Source: the human T2T-CHM13v2.0 reference genome, Homo sapiens. Taken from it: DNA of 64,000 nt. The stretch is taken from the NCBI RefSeq assembly GCF_009914755.1, contig NC_060941.1. The stretch is one strand, 5' to 3'. Position numbers and translations under genes: made by a program. Below, one piece after another: positions 46,187-61,835 of this stretch (its first letter is position 1; each line of letters opens with the position of its first letter). The notes below the pieces were generated by a model, which had not been told where the DNA came from, ran no database searches, and was given only the letters and a program-made list of their open reading frames with translations.

Positions 46187-49083
46187 TAGCATTTTAACAA
46201 AGAATGATATTTTTTTAGAGAAGTGACAAGACAAAAGAGAAGGACTTTTACGTTTCTGTGGTGGCAGAATCAGTATTTCAAGCTCCTGTATTGTTTGAAA
46301 GGAGGATAAAGGTATTACATTTAAATTTAACATCCAAAAAATAAAAAAATAAAATAAATTTAGTGTCAAATATGCATGTTATAAAACTAAGACTAACCAC
46401 AAAAAGAATAGAAATAGGATATATAACTTTCAAACTAACAAAGGATGAAAAGGAAAATAAAAAAAAATACATGGAAGGGACTACAAGAGAAAAAAGTAAC
46501 CAAAAAAAAAAAAAAACCACATAATAATTGGAAAACAGAAAATGAGGGTGGTAGCAATCATTGCATATATCTCTGCAATCATAGGAGATGTAAATGGAAT
46601 AAACTCAACTGTTCAAAGAAAATTTCAGGTTGACAGACATGAAATCCTGTTGTATGGTATTTCCAAGAGTCATGCCTATAATATAATGACAGAGTAACGT
46701 TGGAAATAAAGATGACAGATTGAACATGCATCTGATTTTCTCTCCTTCCAAAATCCGCTAAAACTACAATATGGAGATTTTTTTTTTCCTTAAAAGACAT
46801 AAACCCACAATGGCAGGAAAAAGCAGACAACAGCAACACAGTTTTGTGAGCTGTAAAGCATATGAATGACTGGGAACTAACTTGGCAAGTCCCCAAAAGC
46901 TGACTCCCAAGCCAGAAGTAGATATGCAAAGATCCCATGTAAATTACATCACGTAATGCTTACAGTGCTCAAGAATTGGCACCAGGGATCTCTGGAATAG
47001 TGGGTCTTTGGGGGTGGAGTGGGTGATTAAACTCACGAATGTGGTTGAAAGCTTTTCAGTTACCACTTGGATCACTAAACTCTGCCCCAACCACATGTCT
47101 AGGAACCTGTCATCCCCCGACTCCCGCCTGAGCAGAATTCTCTAGAGGGGATAAGAGAGCATCTCTAGAATGGGGGACTCCCGGTGCAGTGGAGTGTATG
47201 GGTACCATTCAGTAAAGAAGAGGCTCGAGTGATCTAATGTGTACTGGATGTGGATGCTAATACTCCACAGCCGTCTTCTTCCACTCATGCAGCCCCCCAG
47301 GACTTTACCCTCTAAGCAGGAAATTAGAAGAGGTTTCTCAGGAGAATCAGGTTAGTCCAAAAGGAAGGACCTAAAGATCTGAGGATGTTGGAGGGGGTCA
47401 GTGCCTCAATAAGTGACGCAACCACGTCTTTCTACAGATGAATTCACATACTCTGAACTTTTTAGTCTCCACTCTTGAATATAGAGAGGCACCAAAGATC
47501 ATCAGACATCTGAGGAAAGTCTCTAACCTGAAACCTGGAGACCAAAACAATTGGGTGGATACAATGCAGCTTGGAAGAAACAGATTGTGTAGGGGAGGAA
47601 AAAAGGTTAGGAGAACAATCACTTGTGTTTTCAAATGGTAAGGGAAGATAACATGTCCATGAAATGAAAAACAGGATGTTAATACAAAATATTTATGGGA
47701 AAGAAATAGCCAGAGATCAAAAGCAAGCTTGTAGAAATGAGAAAATATGATAGAAGATATGAAATTCTCAGGAGGTTGGGAAGATAAATATGAAGAAATC
47801 CTCATACACTCAGACAATAGAACACACAGACAGTAGAAAAAATTAGAAAATTAAAAAATTAGAAAATTTTAGAAAATTAGAAAAAATTGGAAAATTAGAG
47901 GATCAATCCAGGAAGTCTTATGCCCGAAAAACAGGAGTTCTTAGAAAAGAAGAGGAAGAAATAATAATAAATAATCCAACAGCATATTCCGGATCTTGAG
48001 GACATGAGTTTCTATACTGAAAAGGCCCATTGAGCTCCAATACAATGGGAAGAATTAAGCGTATGCCACAGAGCTCACCATCATGTATACTGGTGACAAA
48101 GAGTCTACAACCTTCTAGAGAGAAAACATGTCACATACAAAGGATCAGAAATGCGAATGCTTCCAGACTGAGCAAAAGCAGCAATGGAAGAAAGAAGGTT
48201 ATTAAGCAGTGCCTTTAAAATTCTGAAGGAAACCATGCTCAGCCTAGGAGTTCAATATTCTGCCCAAGTTTCAATCAACGAGAGGGCAGAGGAGAATACC
48301 GTGACATACGTGGCCTCAGAAATTGACTTCCCACCTATTCTTTCTCAGCAAGCTAAAGCAAGACAGCAAGATGTGTCCTTGGTGAGGAAGTGACCAAAAG
48401 AAAGGTAGACTCAAGATAACAGAATGTCCAATACAAGACAGAGGAAGAGAATCCCAGGGAATGGTGAAGGAAGATTCCAGGAAGACAGATGTGCCTTAGG
48501 GATACAGGAAAACTCAATCCGCATTGAGACAGGTCCAGGAGGGATTAATTCAAGAAGATGAAATTCATTTACATGATGTGTGGTTCAATATTTTTTGGTA
48601 ATATTTTTATTTTAATATATAACAGAAGAAAAAAATTAGCACACAAAACTCATAAATGTGATGTTTATCACTGCTTAGGATGAGGTTTAATTTTTTTTTA
48701 ATCAAGTTAAGCAAATTTTGGTTCAATATCTTAACAGACAAACTAGGAAAGTGGCAGAGTATTTTGAATTCGATTGGGTACGTAGAAAACAAGCAAGCCA
48801 AAACAAGGCAATTATTAACTCCAGGGAGAACAAATAAGTGTGCAGGGAAACCAGTAATTATAGTATACTACCCAGATTAACTCCAAATAATATGGAGTCA
48901 AAGTGTAATATAAATAATAAGCATTTATTAATATGAATAAAGGGAGGGAGGGGAAATGGAAACGGAAACATAGCTAAATTCTCATTTTCTGTAATGTTAA
49001 TAGCTAATATTTAAATTTTTTTAATTAAGTAGTATTAGAAATATGGAATAAATACCAGAAAATCAGATATAAGACACCATTAA

Positions 49084-49448
<365 letters not shown>

Positions 49449-49982
49449 TTAAAGACATACAAAGATAAAAGCACACCTGGGCACTGACATTTGTAGCAGA
49501 TAGGAAAAAGAGTGAAAATCTGCCTTCACACACGTGTGTATATGAAGTTCCTACAAATAAATTCAAATAAATAGATCCTAATACAAAAATAGCCAAGGAA
49601 TATGAACAGGCACTTCATGGGAGAGGGATATTAAGTCTTACTAGCAGTCAAGGAATGTAAATTAAAACCAGAAGGAGATAATAATTTGTATCCACCAGTT
49701 TAACAGAAATTAAGACACCTACCAGGACCAAGGGTTGGCAAGGGCATAGGGCAATGGGAACTCCCATTTGTGCTAGTGAAATTTCCAAACATGCACAAAG
49801 AGACTGCACAAGCATATTTACTGAAGCGCTGCATGTAATAGCCAAAAACTCTTGTTTGTGGGACAGCTTAACATAATGGTGGTATATTCAAAGAACGAAA
49901 TTCTCCATTGCAAAATGATCTGATTCCGCATGTACCAACATGGGTAAGCTCCAGACATAATGATAGAGTAAAAAAGCAAGGC

Positions 49983-50343
<361 letters not shown>

Positions 50344-50483
50344 CTAAGCAAAGCAGCAGTATTATATATTGTATGGGGACACATACATGTAGAGTAAAAA
50401 TGTGAAAATCTGAACAGGAAAGGAATATCCTCACAGTAAAAAGGCAGTTACCTCTGCTCATACGTTTGTTGACTTGTAAAAGC

Positions 50484-50706
50484 TTTTTTGTTTGTTTATG
50501 TGTTTTTGAGACAGGGTCTCGCTCTGTCACCCCGGCTGGAGTGCAGTGGCACTATCTAGGCTCACTACAGCCTCTGCCTCCCAGGTACAAGTGATTCTCG
50601 TGCCTCAGCCTCCAGAGAAGCTGGGTCTACAGGCATGTACCACCATGCCCAGCTGAGTTTGATATTTTTAGTAGAGGCGGGGTTTCACCATGTTGCCCAG
50701 GCTGGT
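50484..50706 (-). mobile_element. Partial Alu (J-like)
   Basis: Reverse Alu right arm plus part of the left arm. Confidence 0.88.
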
Positions 50707-51350
50707 TTGTAATAACTTTTTACTTGAGTTTTAGTTAAAATGGGTACCAGACAATGGGAGAATGGCCTGTGTACAATTTGGGTAGAATTTAACATCTTTG
50801 AAATAGTATATTGTGTCATCTGGGAAGATGGCATGACTTTCTACTCATTCAGGTCTTCTGTCGTTTGCTCATTATTAATCAACTTTTGGATTTTTTTTCA
50901 TTGGATAATTGTCTATATATCCATGTACTAATTACATTTTCGTGGCTTAGGAGTCAGGGCTTTCTTTCTATCAGGACCTATTGAAATTGAGCTTTTGCTT
51001 TGTATTTGAAGATGATGTTTTTTTAGCGGGCAGATTTTAGCTATCCAATGTTCTCCTCAGAGATAGAAGCATGTGTTTATAGGCATGTGTGTCTGTTTTC
51101 TCTCTCATGTTTCCCCACATTTCCCCTTGTGCCCCAGGCACACAATGAGTGGCACCTTTTGGAAGAATTGATTATTTCAGAAATGCAGAGAGCTGGAACA
51201 GGTTGGCCCAGGGGAAGCCATGGAGATCAGCCAGCTTATTAACACTGACTTGTGAAAGTTTACAAGTGAGCCAGGAGGTGAGGGGAGGGTAACGCCAGTG
51301 AAATGTTGTCTTCAAGAGTATTCACTATTTCTTTCCCCCTTGGATTACAG

Positions 51351-51462
51351 GAAGATGCTGAAACTCTGTGGAGAGACGGAGGACAAGCTGGCTCAGGAGC
51401 TGATACATTTTGAGTTGCAAGTAGAGAGAGACGTGATTGAGCCCCTGTTTTTGCTGGCGGAG
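51351..51462 (+). CDS. ARHGAP44: ARHGAP44 coding exon 5 (112 nt, phase 2 to 0), KMLKLCGETEDKLAQELIHFELQVERDVIEPLFLLAE
   Basis: Acceptor ttggattacag| and donor GAG|gtaagc; visible in ORF 51298..51561. Confidence 0.97.
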
Positions 51463-51842
51463 GTAAGCAGCAGGAGTGAGGCCAGGCCTGAAAGAGCAAG
51501 GAGGTACCGAACAGGAGCCCCTCAATCATTCTGTTTCCAGCATTCTACTTCTTTCCCTTAACCTTCTCCCCAACATTGTTTTTCATCAGGGATTCTTACC
51601 TAACCACATGGTCAAGATTCCCAAATATGTCCTTTTAGCATTTGCTACCCCTTCTCCTACCCATTCTCTTCCCTGCAGGCATTCCTAGAAGTAAGGTGGA
51701 AAGCTGGCAGCTTACCCGCTTCCCCACCCACAGCCTCGACTGCCTTCATCCCCACCTTCCACCCATCTCAAGTCTTCAGTGCTGTGAACAGCAGCCACTC
51801 CTTACTAGGATTCTGGGGGCCCAGGCCTCCTGCAGTTTTATG

Positions 51843-52214
<372 letters not shown>

Positions 52215-52339
52215 TAATGCCTATGTGAAAACTTTGCTAGCTTCAGCCAAGTGAAAGCTTCTCACGGGAGATAGGAAATGCTTGGGGAGCTTTGAACCCT
52301 GAATCCCTCTCAGTTGTTTTTAATTCGTCATCTGTTAAT

Positions 52340-52558
52340 AGATTGAGCATCTCAAACCTGAAACAATCCGAAATCTGAAATATTTTGAGCACCAACATGA
52401 TTCTTAAAGGAAATGCTCATTAGAGCATTTTGGATTTCACATATTCGGATTTGAGATGCTCAACCGGTAAATATGATGCAAATATTCCAAAATCCCAAAA
52501 ACTCCCAATCCCAAATATTTCTGGTCCCAAGCATTTCAGATAAGGGACACTCCATCTA
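52340..52558. mobile_element. MER46/Tigger4a-like MITE
   Basis: ttgagcatctcaaa...ggatttgagatgctcaacc...ggtcccaagcatttcagataaggga. Confidence 0.8.
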
Positions 52559-52592
52559 TATAAAATCTAACCAGCACTATCCCCTAGAACTC

Positions 52593-53153
52593 TGTATTAG
52601 TCAGGGTTCTCCAGAGAGAGAGAACCAACAGGATATATGAGAGGGGTTTCTCCCCTATTAGGGGAAGTTGGGATTCTCCCCTATTAGGGGAAGTTGGCTC
52701 ACATAATCACAGAGGGGGAGAGGTCCCATGATAAGCCATCTGTAAGCTGGAGAACCAGAGAAGCCAGTAGCATGGCTCAGTCCAGAAACCTCAGAACCCG
52801 AAACTCAGTCCAGGAACCTCAGAAGCTGATCGTGCAGCCCCGAATATGAGGTGGAAAGCCAGAGAGACCCCCATTAAATGTCAAAGAACCTGGAGTCTGA
52901 TGAGGGGAAAAGGCATCTCACTACGGGAGGGAGGGAGAGAGAGAGCAGAGAGAGAATCCTCCTTCTTCCACCTGTGTGTTTCAGCTAATTGGATGGTACC
53001 GCTCCATTGTGGGTGGGTCTTTCTCCCAGCCTGCTGACTCACACATTGGTCTCTTTTGGAAACACCCTCTCAGCTACACCCGGAAAAATACGTCACTAGC
53101 CTTTGAGGCATCCATCAGTCCAGCCAAGTTGACACCTAAAATTAACCCTCGCA
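52593..53153 (-). mobile_element. MLT2 (ERVL) solo LTR inserted into a MER3 element (52570-52592 and 53159-53340)
   Basis: tgtattagtcagggttctccagaga...aagttgacacctaaaattaaccctcgca; near-TSD aactc/gactc; flanks rejoin as a MER3-like sequence. Confidence 0.85.
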
Positions 53154-54239
53154 GACTCCCTACAATGATGGAAATATTCTCAATCTGTGCCGTTTGATAG
53201 CCACTGCCCTTAAGTGGTTTTTGAGCACCAGTGCGATTCAGGAACTCAATTTTTTAGTTTCTTTAATTTTCGTTAATTTAAATTTAGAATTTCATAGCTA
53301 CGTGCGGTTAGAGGCTACTGTATTAAACTGCCTTGCCCTAGACCCTGTCTGGCTTCCTCTCTGAACCACAACGAGCACCTCCACATCCCCTGACACTCTC
53401 TCTGGGACAGAGGTATGGGCCGGTAATTACTTATGGACCTGAAACTATTCAAGGAGAAAATCGTGGATGAAGTTCTTTGGGATTGACCAGCTCTCAGCTT
53501 CTCAAGTCATCTCCTCGCTTGGAGCATTCACGAGGTCCCCTCTGTGCCTCAAAAGGAGGGTCCCGGGTCTGGCCAAAGCCTAAAGCAAACCAAGGAGCAA
53601 GTCCGTTGTGGGTGCTGACAGTCACTTGGCTCAAGCAAGATACCCAGTGGCCCTCCAGCTTAGCTTCGGAGCTGGGTGGTGACTCAGGTTGCCTGGGGAC
53701 AGTTACACTTCTCCTTCCTACTGGAAGTTGTTACACGCAGAACATTACTCATCCCTGCTCGGGAGAGTGAATAGAAAGCACTTCAGAGAACATTGGATTC
53801 TCCTCGAATTTTTTCCTTATATAAAAACCGCAGCCCGAGATGATTTTAGTTCAATTTTCGGCCAATTTTCGTTTTGCATTCTCACATCCTGCCCTACTTT
53901 TGCTGGGCCCGGAACCAAAATCCTGCACTGGGATGTTCAGTGAAGCCATTTTTAGAATGAAAAAATATAAAAAGAGCATCTACATACAACCAAAATGGAA
54001 GAACTCGTAGCCGAGAAAAGCCATGATGGCAATGTTTATTCATTATTGACTGGAAAAGTCTTACTTTATTTCTATAAATATAAACATTTGCTTCCTTTCT
54101 TTTTATAAATATAGAATCTGTATCCTAGATGCAGCCATAGCCTCTCCACGCTCTTCCTCCTTCAGCTGTCCATTTTGCCTCAGGTCTGTGTCAGACATGA
54201 CTGCGTGGCTCCCTTCATTTCTCCCCACTTTTGGCCCTT

Positions 54240-54345
54240 CTGGAAGTAAAGAGGGATGTGGTTGAGCCCTGGTTTTTTTTTGGCAGGGCGGGAGTTGGGG
54301 GCAAGGTGAGGGCAGGAAAGTGGCCAGGCCTGCATGAGCAGAGAA
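54240..54345 (+). pseudogene. Degenerate partial duplicate of ARHGAP44 exon 5 (3' half) plus its donor-side flank
   Basis: Translates LEVKRDVVEPWFF vs exon 5 LQVERDVIEPLFL (30/39 nt identical, ungapped); downstream gcaggaaagtggccaggcctgcatgagca resembles gcaggagtgaggccaggcctgaaagagca after exon 5. Confidence 0.65.
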
Positions 54346-54450
54346 GCACAGGACCTGTGAGATGGTCTGGCTTGATGGAGAGCCTGGCTGGTGTCCAGCA
54401 AAGATGGAGCAGAGTTTAGCTCAGGAAAGGGCATCAATAATTTCATCTGA

Positions 54451-54757
54451 TGTTGGTCAAAGGGTACAAAGTCTCCCTTAAGCAAGATGAGTAAATTCTG
54501 GAGACCTGATGTGTAGCACTGTGTGACGATGGTTAATGATACTGTATTGTAGACTTGAAATTTGCTAAGAGGATAGATCTTCAGCGTACTCACCATCAAA
54601 AAAAGAAAATAGAAACTATGGGATGTGATGGATATGTTAATTAGCCTGAGTGTAGTAATGATTTCACAATGTGTGCATATGAAACCATTAAACCGTACAC
54701 CTGAAATATATACAATTCCTATTAGTTAGACCTCAGTAACACAAAAGGGAAAAAAGG
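54451..54757 (+). mobile_element. L1MA-type 3' end with TSD
   Basis: ttggtcaaagggtacaaagt...atactgtattgtagacttgaaatttgctaagag; flanked by atttcatctga at 54440-54450 and 54758-54768. Confidence 0.85.
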
Positions 54758-54795
54758 ATTTCATCTGAAAATAAGGATTGCGAGACCGCTAGTAA

Positions 54796-55282
<487 letters not shown>

Positions 55283-55545
55283 GTAGAATCTCTTTACTTT
55301 CTTTTTTGCTTCTTTGAAGGGACAGTGATCATATTTTGGGCGGGTGGGTTTTAAGTAGGCAATTGTGTTTTCATTCACCAAGTTTTTCTGGACACCTAAC
55401 GTGTACCAGGCACTGGAGGTAGTCACAGTGAACTCGAGACACTGGGTCCCTGTTCTCATGAAGGCTGCAGTTGAGTTTTGGAGGTAGACACTAGGCAAGT
55501 GAAGAAACAAGACAGTTCTAGAAAGATATGTCATATAAAAAATGT

Positions 55546-56032
<487 letters not shown>

Positions 56033-56493
56033 TCAAGGCACAGAAGGAAGGTCGGCATGGCTGGGGCGGAAGGAGCAAAGGGAAGAGAAGTAGGAGGTGA
56101 GAGCCAGGAGGTAGGATGGTTGCTATGTCCTGTCCATTACAGGAAATTTCGCATTTTGGAGACTCACTCACCTTTTCCTGAAGCTGATGGTGTAGGTGTC
56201 TGCTTTCTGTAGCCTTTCTCTTAACTTGAGTCCTTTCAGAGAGCAGTCAAGTACCTGTAGGGCTGTTCTTCCACACCCATCTTCCAGAGTCCACCAGAAA
56301 ATTCCTGTAGTAGCAGGCGGGTGCCAAAGGCCCTGAGACAGCATTGCCTGTGGCTGTCAGAGCAGGAATTGTGCACATATGTCCTTTTATTTTTTACAGT
56401 GGGATATGTGTATATAAGTTGAAAAAGGCAGGTGCGTGAGTATTAATATGGAAAGAACTATTTGGTTCTACCTTAGGTTTTTCGTAGACCAAC

Positions 56494-57012
<519 letters not shown>

Positions 57013-57099
57013 GTTTCAGACTCCAGAGTAGGCCAATTTTAATCATCTTCACAGCTTGTTTTCATTTTCTTGAAATAAAGAAACAGAATATATTTGGGC

Positions 57100-57290
57100 A
57101 AAGAGATGTAGCATACAGAGTTCAGAAGGTCAGATTTCAAGGTTCAGATTTCAACTATTTTCTAGATATGTGACCTTGGTCAAGTCACTTAATCTCCCAG
57201 AATATCATTTTCTTCACCTGGACGCAAGGAGTAACATTCGTGGGTGGCTGTTTTGAGTACTAATATCACTTCCCAAGTGCTTTATAAAAA
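57100..57290 (+). mobile_element. MIR SINE
   Basis: tgtgaccttggtcaagtcacttaatctc core. Confidence 0.7.
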
Positions 57291-58154
57291 GAAGCTGATA
57301 CTGTAAGTAATTGTTGCACTGGAATTCTGCATCAGGAAGAATAAAAGGTACAGAGCAGTCCCCCAAGACCAGACATAAAACAGGTTAAAATCAGCAAAGA
57401 AACAAGGGTTTCTTTGGTTAACTTACTTGTCCCCAAACCCTCAGTCCACCTGAATGATTTTTGCCATCTGTGTCGATACATCTTTTAAGAGAGTTGATTA
57501 CTTTTTCAAAATAAATATATTTTGAAAAGAAATCCTTTCATGCTACCATAAATTGGAAAGCAGTATCCTTTGCTACAAATACCAGGTAAGCATAAAAGTG
57601 AACAGATGAAAGCAAAGCCAATGTTACTAAATTTTAGAGCCTGTTGACTGTGGAAGAATGTCATCCTGAAGCTCATCTTCCTTTGTTAAAAAAGAAGAAG
57701 GGGAGGCGAGGCGTTAGGTGGTTTTAAAATTATTCTGATGCAAATATGAGACTAACCTCTTTAGCGTGCTTGGAGGAATAGACAGCAGAATGAGTGGGAA
57801 GTACTGATTTGCTATTACCTCTATGACCTTGTGCCACGTAAAATTGCATCCCATAATATGAGTGTTCAAGTACCCTATTTTGGGAGTCATGTAAGATGGC
57901 TGAAGAAATGCAGATTGCCCCATTGTTTTCATGAGGTGGACACCATGCTCCTGGGCAGAGTGACATCCTTCTCTGAAACCTGGGGCTTAGCTCTGAAGTC
58001 TTTTCTTTGCATCTACAAAGAAAACCCACATTTCCACCACAGAGCCTCTTGTTAGCAGGCTGAATGCTAGTATCAAACCATGTCATTACCATACATATTT
58101 TTGTTTTGTCTTCTTATGAGAAGGAGAATTATTCCTGGTCACATTGATGGTCCG

Positions 58155-58276
58155 TTCTCCTGCCTCAGCCTCCCGAGTAGCTGGGATTACAGGCACCTGC
58201 CATCACACTCAGCTAATTTTTGTATTTTTAGTATAGACGGGGTTTCGCCATGTTGGCCAGGCTGGTCATGAACTCC
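58155..58276 (-). mobile_element. Internal Alu fragment
   Basis: ttctcctgcctcagcctcccgag...ggctggtcatgaactcc, with no tail or ends. Confidence 0.88.
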
Positions 58277-58659
58277 TCTAGCAGGAACACTAGACAAAGT
58301 CTAGAGTTATGTTTTCAGTGGTGACACCAAGTAGTCTGTAGGTTCTGCAAACGTACATGCCACTTGGTGTCATTAGGGACCTCTCCCCTGTGATTTAACA
58401 AATGTTTTTATATCTTCAGCTTATCATCTCCTGTATATTAAAATCTAGTAAGGAAATTCTACCCCACCCCCATGCAAATTTCTGTTTTTATAAACTTCAA
58501 CTTGGACCCTTTATAACCTTTGTTGTTTTAGACTAAAAAAGTCTTGTTTGCATTGTTTTCATATAAACTTGATCCGTCTCCTTTATCACATCGGTGATTT
58601 TTCATAGCCCACTTTGTGCAGTTGTGAGTTTAGGGATAGGGAATTGCTTTGGGGGATTG

Positions 58660-58967
<308 letters not shown>

Positions 58968-60005
58968 GCTTTGGGGGATTGTTGACAGTACAGTCCCCTT
59001 GAAAACTCAGTTGATTTCCCCTTCAGGTGTCAGCTTTGGTAACCGTGGCGGGAGATCTAACTCAAGGCCTCAAGTTATAGATTCCCCATAAGTATGAGTT
59101 ATAGGCTACAGGATGAAAAGGGCATTTTTAGCAAAGGTATACTCTTTGTTTCCGCTTTACTCTCAGACTGGCCATTTCTAGCCTGAGTCTACCTGTCTTG
59201 TAGGACCTTGCCAAAAGCCATAAGAAGCCAACCCAACACAACTTCCTGCCATTTTCCCTAACTCCTCACTCTTAGCCCGTATGAGGTCTGCATCCCAAGA
59301 TATAGCAGTGAGAGCAAGACCAAATGCTGTGCTATTGAACAGCAGGGATCACCAGCTCCTCTTCTGGAACAGCTGGGTTCTGAATGCTCCCCCCCTACCC
59401 CCTGCATTTCTCCATAAAGCCAATGGCACAGGTTAGTTTTTCTTCCTTGCAGCATCCTACTTCTGATTTATTTCATATTGTTCTGTCCTTCATGAAGTAT
59501 GCTCTGCAGCACTGCAACAGTGAATTCCACATAGAGACCCTCCGCCTTTCAAGACAGGAAGTAGATTTGTATATATTATCAGCACATCTTGAACAATAGT
59601 CCCATGACTGGATCTTTAATTTCTGCCACAATTCTGATGGATACTGTCAAATCCAATTAATTTATCTCGTGTTTAATTAGATCCCAATAAGATGTGTATG
59701 TTTGTCACTATTGAAGTAAATCTGGCTTGTCTGCTTCAAAAGCCAATGATACAGACCTCAATATTCTCAGAGAAACTGATGCTTACAGGACGCTTTATGC
59801 TGAATTAAAGGTTGTGAATTGAATTGAATGATACGCAAATTTCTTTTTTGTGTGTGATAGGTTTGGTTTAGCAGTGCTTAAAGAAGGAGCCTAATTTTTC
59901 TCCAAAGTCAGCCTGACTTTTTTCTGGTCATGTAGCTCAAGGTTAACCCTCCCGAGTCTGGGACACATACACATTCCATTTCTGCCGAACCAGCTGCCTC
60001 TGGGT

Positions 60006-60360
60006 CCTAGGGACTGAATGGTATCTCTCCAAAATTTGTATATTGAAGCGCTAACCCCCAATGCGACTGTATCTGGAGATAGGTTCTTTAGGAGAACCTT
60101 ATTAAGGTTAAATGAGGTCATAAGAATGGGCCCCTATTTCACTAGGATTGGTGGCCTTATAGGGAGAAAGAGTGATCTCTCTCTCTACACGCACTCAGAG
60201 GAAAGCTGTGTGAGGACAGAAACAGCAGCCATCTGCAAGTCACAGATAGAGGTCTCCAGCCTCTGTCTTGATCTTGGATGTCCAGCCTCCAGAATTGTGA
60301 GAAGATAAGCCTCTGTTGTTTAAGCCACCCAGTCTGTGGTACTTTGTTATGGAAGCCCTA
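60006..60360 (+). mobile_element. MaLR LTR (MLT1A-like)
   Basis: tgaagcgctaacccccaatg...ccagcctccagaattgtgagaa...tgtttaagccacccagtctgtggta. Confidence 0.85.
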
Positions 60361-61318
60361 CCTTCTTTGGAAGCAAGTGAACTAGTGTAAGTAAGACAGG
60401 AGGGTTTTGGAGTGGAAACTGTGCAGGCTATGGAGTTAAGAAGTGGAATTCTGGAGGCGGGGCAGTGTGAAGTCTTGTTAGAACTGGCAGTGGAGTCTCG
60501 ATGGCCATCAAAACTCATTCCTCATCTCTCACCCCTCCCCATACAGGTGTCTTTTTCTCACATCTGATTTCTTCAAGGTCACTGGATGTCGCATGGGCTC
60601 ATGTCTCCCCACTATGAGCCCTCTTCCTTTTGCCCCAATTCCGAAAGTGCCAAAGAGGGACTCCATTTGTCTGGACTTTGCTCATATGCCCACTTCCATG
60701 ACTCGTCAGTTGGGTCAGTGTGAGGAAGGATGGCACAGGCTTGACTTGGATCAGAGGCCCTCACCTGGGCCACTCACTGCCTGGGTCATGCAGAACCTGG
60801 CAGTCCCCTTTTTGACCACACATTACTGCAGAGTGGAAGCAGGAACTTAAAAAGTGGGGGATGCCCATGGCAGAGGAAGGGGCAAGACTAGACAGAAGGA
60901 ACAGTGAATGCCCCAATGAAGACACTCTCCTGTCTGCCTTTTAAAATTCTTCTTCTGGACATTCTGTTGTCCTGAACTGACCTGCATTTGCCTTCTTTAC
61001 ATATTCCTGGTACCTGAAATTTTAAACCCTTATTCCTCTCCCTTCTCTCTCATCTCTCCCAAGGCTTCATTAAAGCTTGTGTCCCATCTTCATCTCCCCC
61101 AGATCACATAGTCACAAGTCCTCTTTCCCCAGAGAAGGATGGTGGTACATCAGCTACTTTAGTGAGAAGAAATGATCCTTCTGCTCTTCAACTTTCAAAG
61201 CTCAAAGTTTCCTTGGACAATGTCTAGTGTTCCTGTTTCTCCTCTGACAGAGCAGCCCAACTCTTGAGTTTATGTGTAGAACAGAGGTCTGAAAAGACTA
61301 CCAAACCTTGAAATTCAT

Positions 61319-61424
61319 AATTCGTGTTACTTTTCCCAAAATGACTATCTGTACAAAATTTTCCCAACATGACTATCTGTACAAAATTCATGTCACCTTT
61401 TCCAGCATGAGTATCTGTACAAAA
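61319..61424. repeat. Short composite tandem repeat (28-bp core x3)
   Basis: ttttcc(c)aNNatgaStatctgtacaaaa at 61331, 61359 and 61398. Confidence 0.88.
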
Positions 61425-61520
61425 CTCGTCTGTTCACATGACAAGAGTTTACCTTGGTATTTTGTTTGCTATTTATGTTCCACAAAGAGAACATATTTTG
61501 GACATCTTGTCACTGTTTTA

Positions 61521-61835
<315 letters not shown>

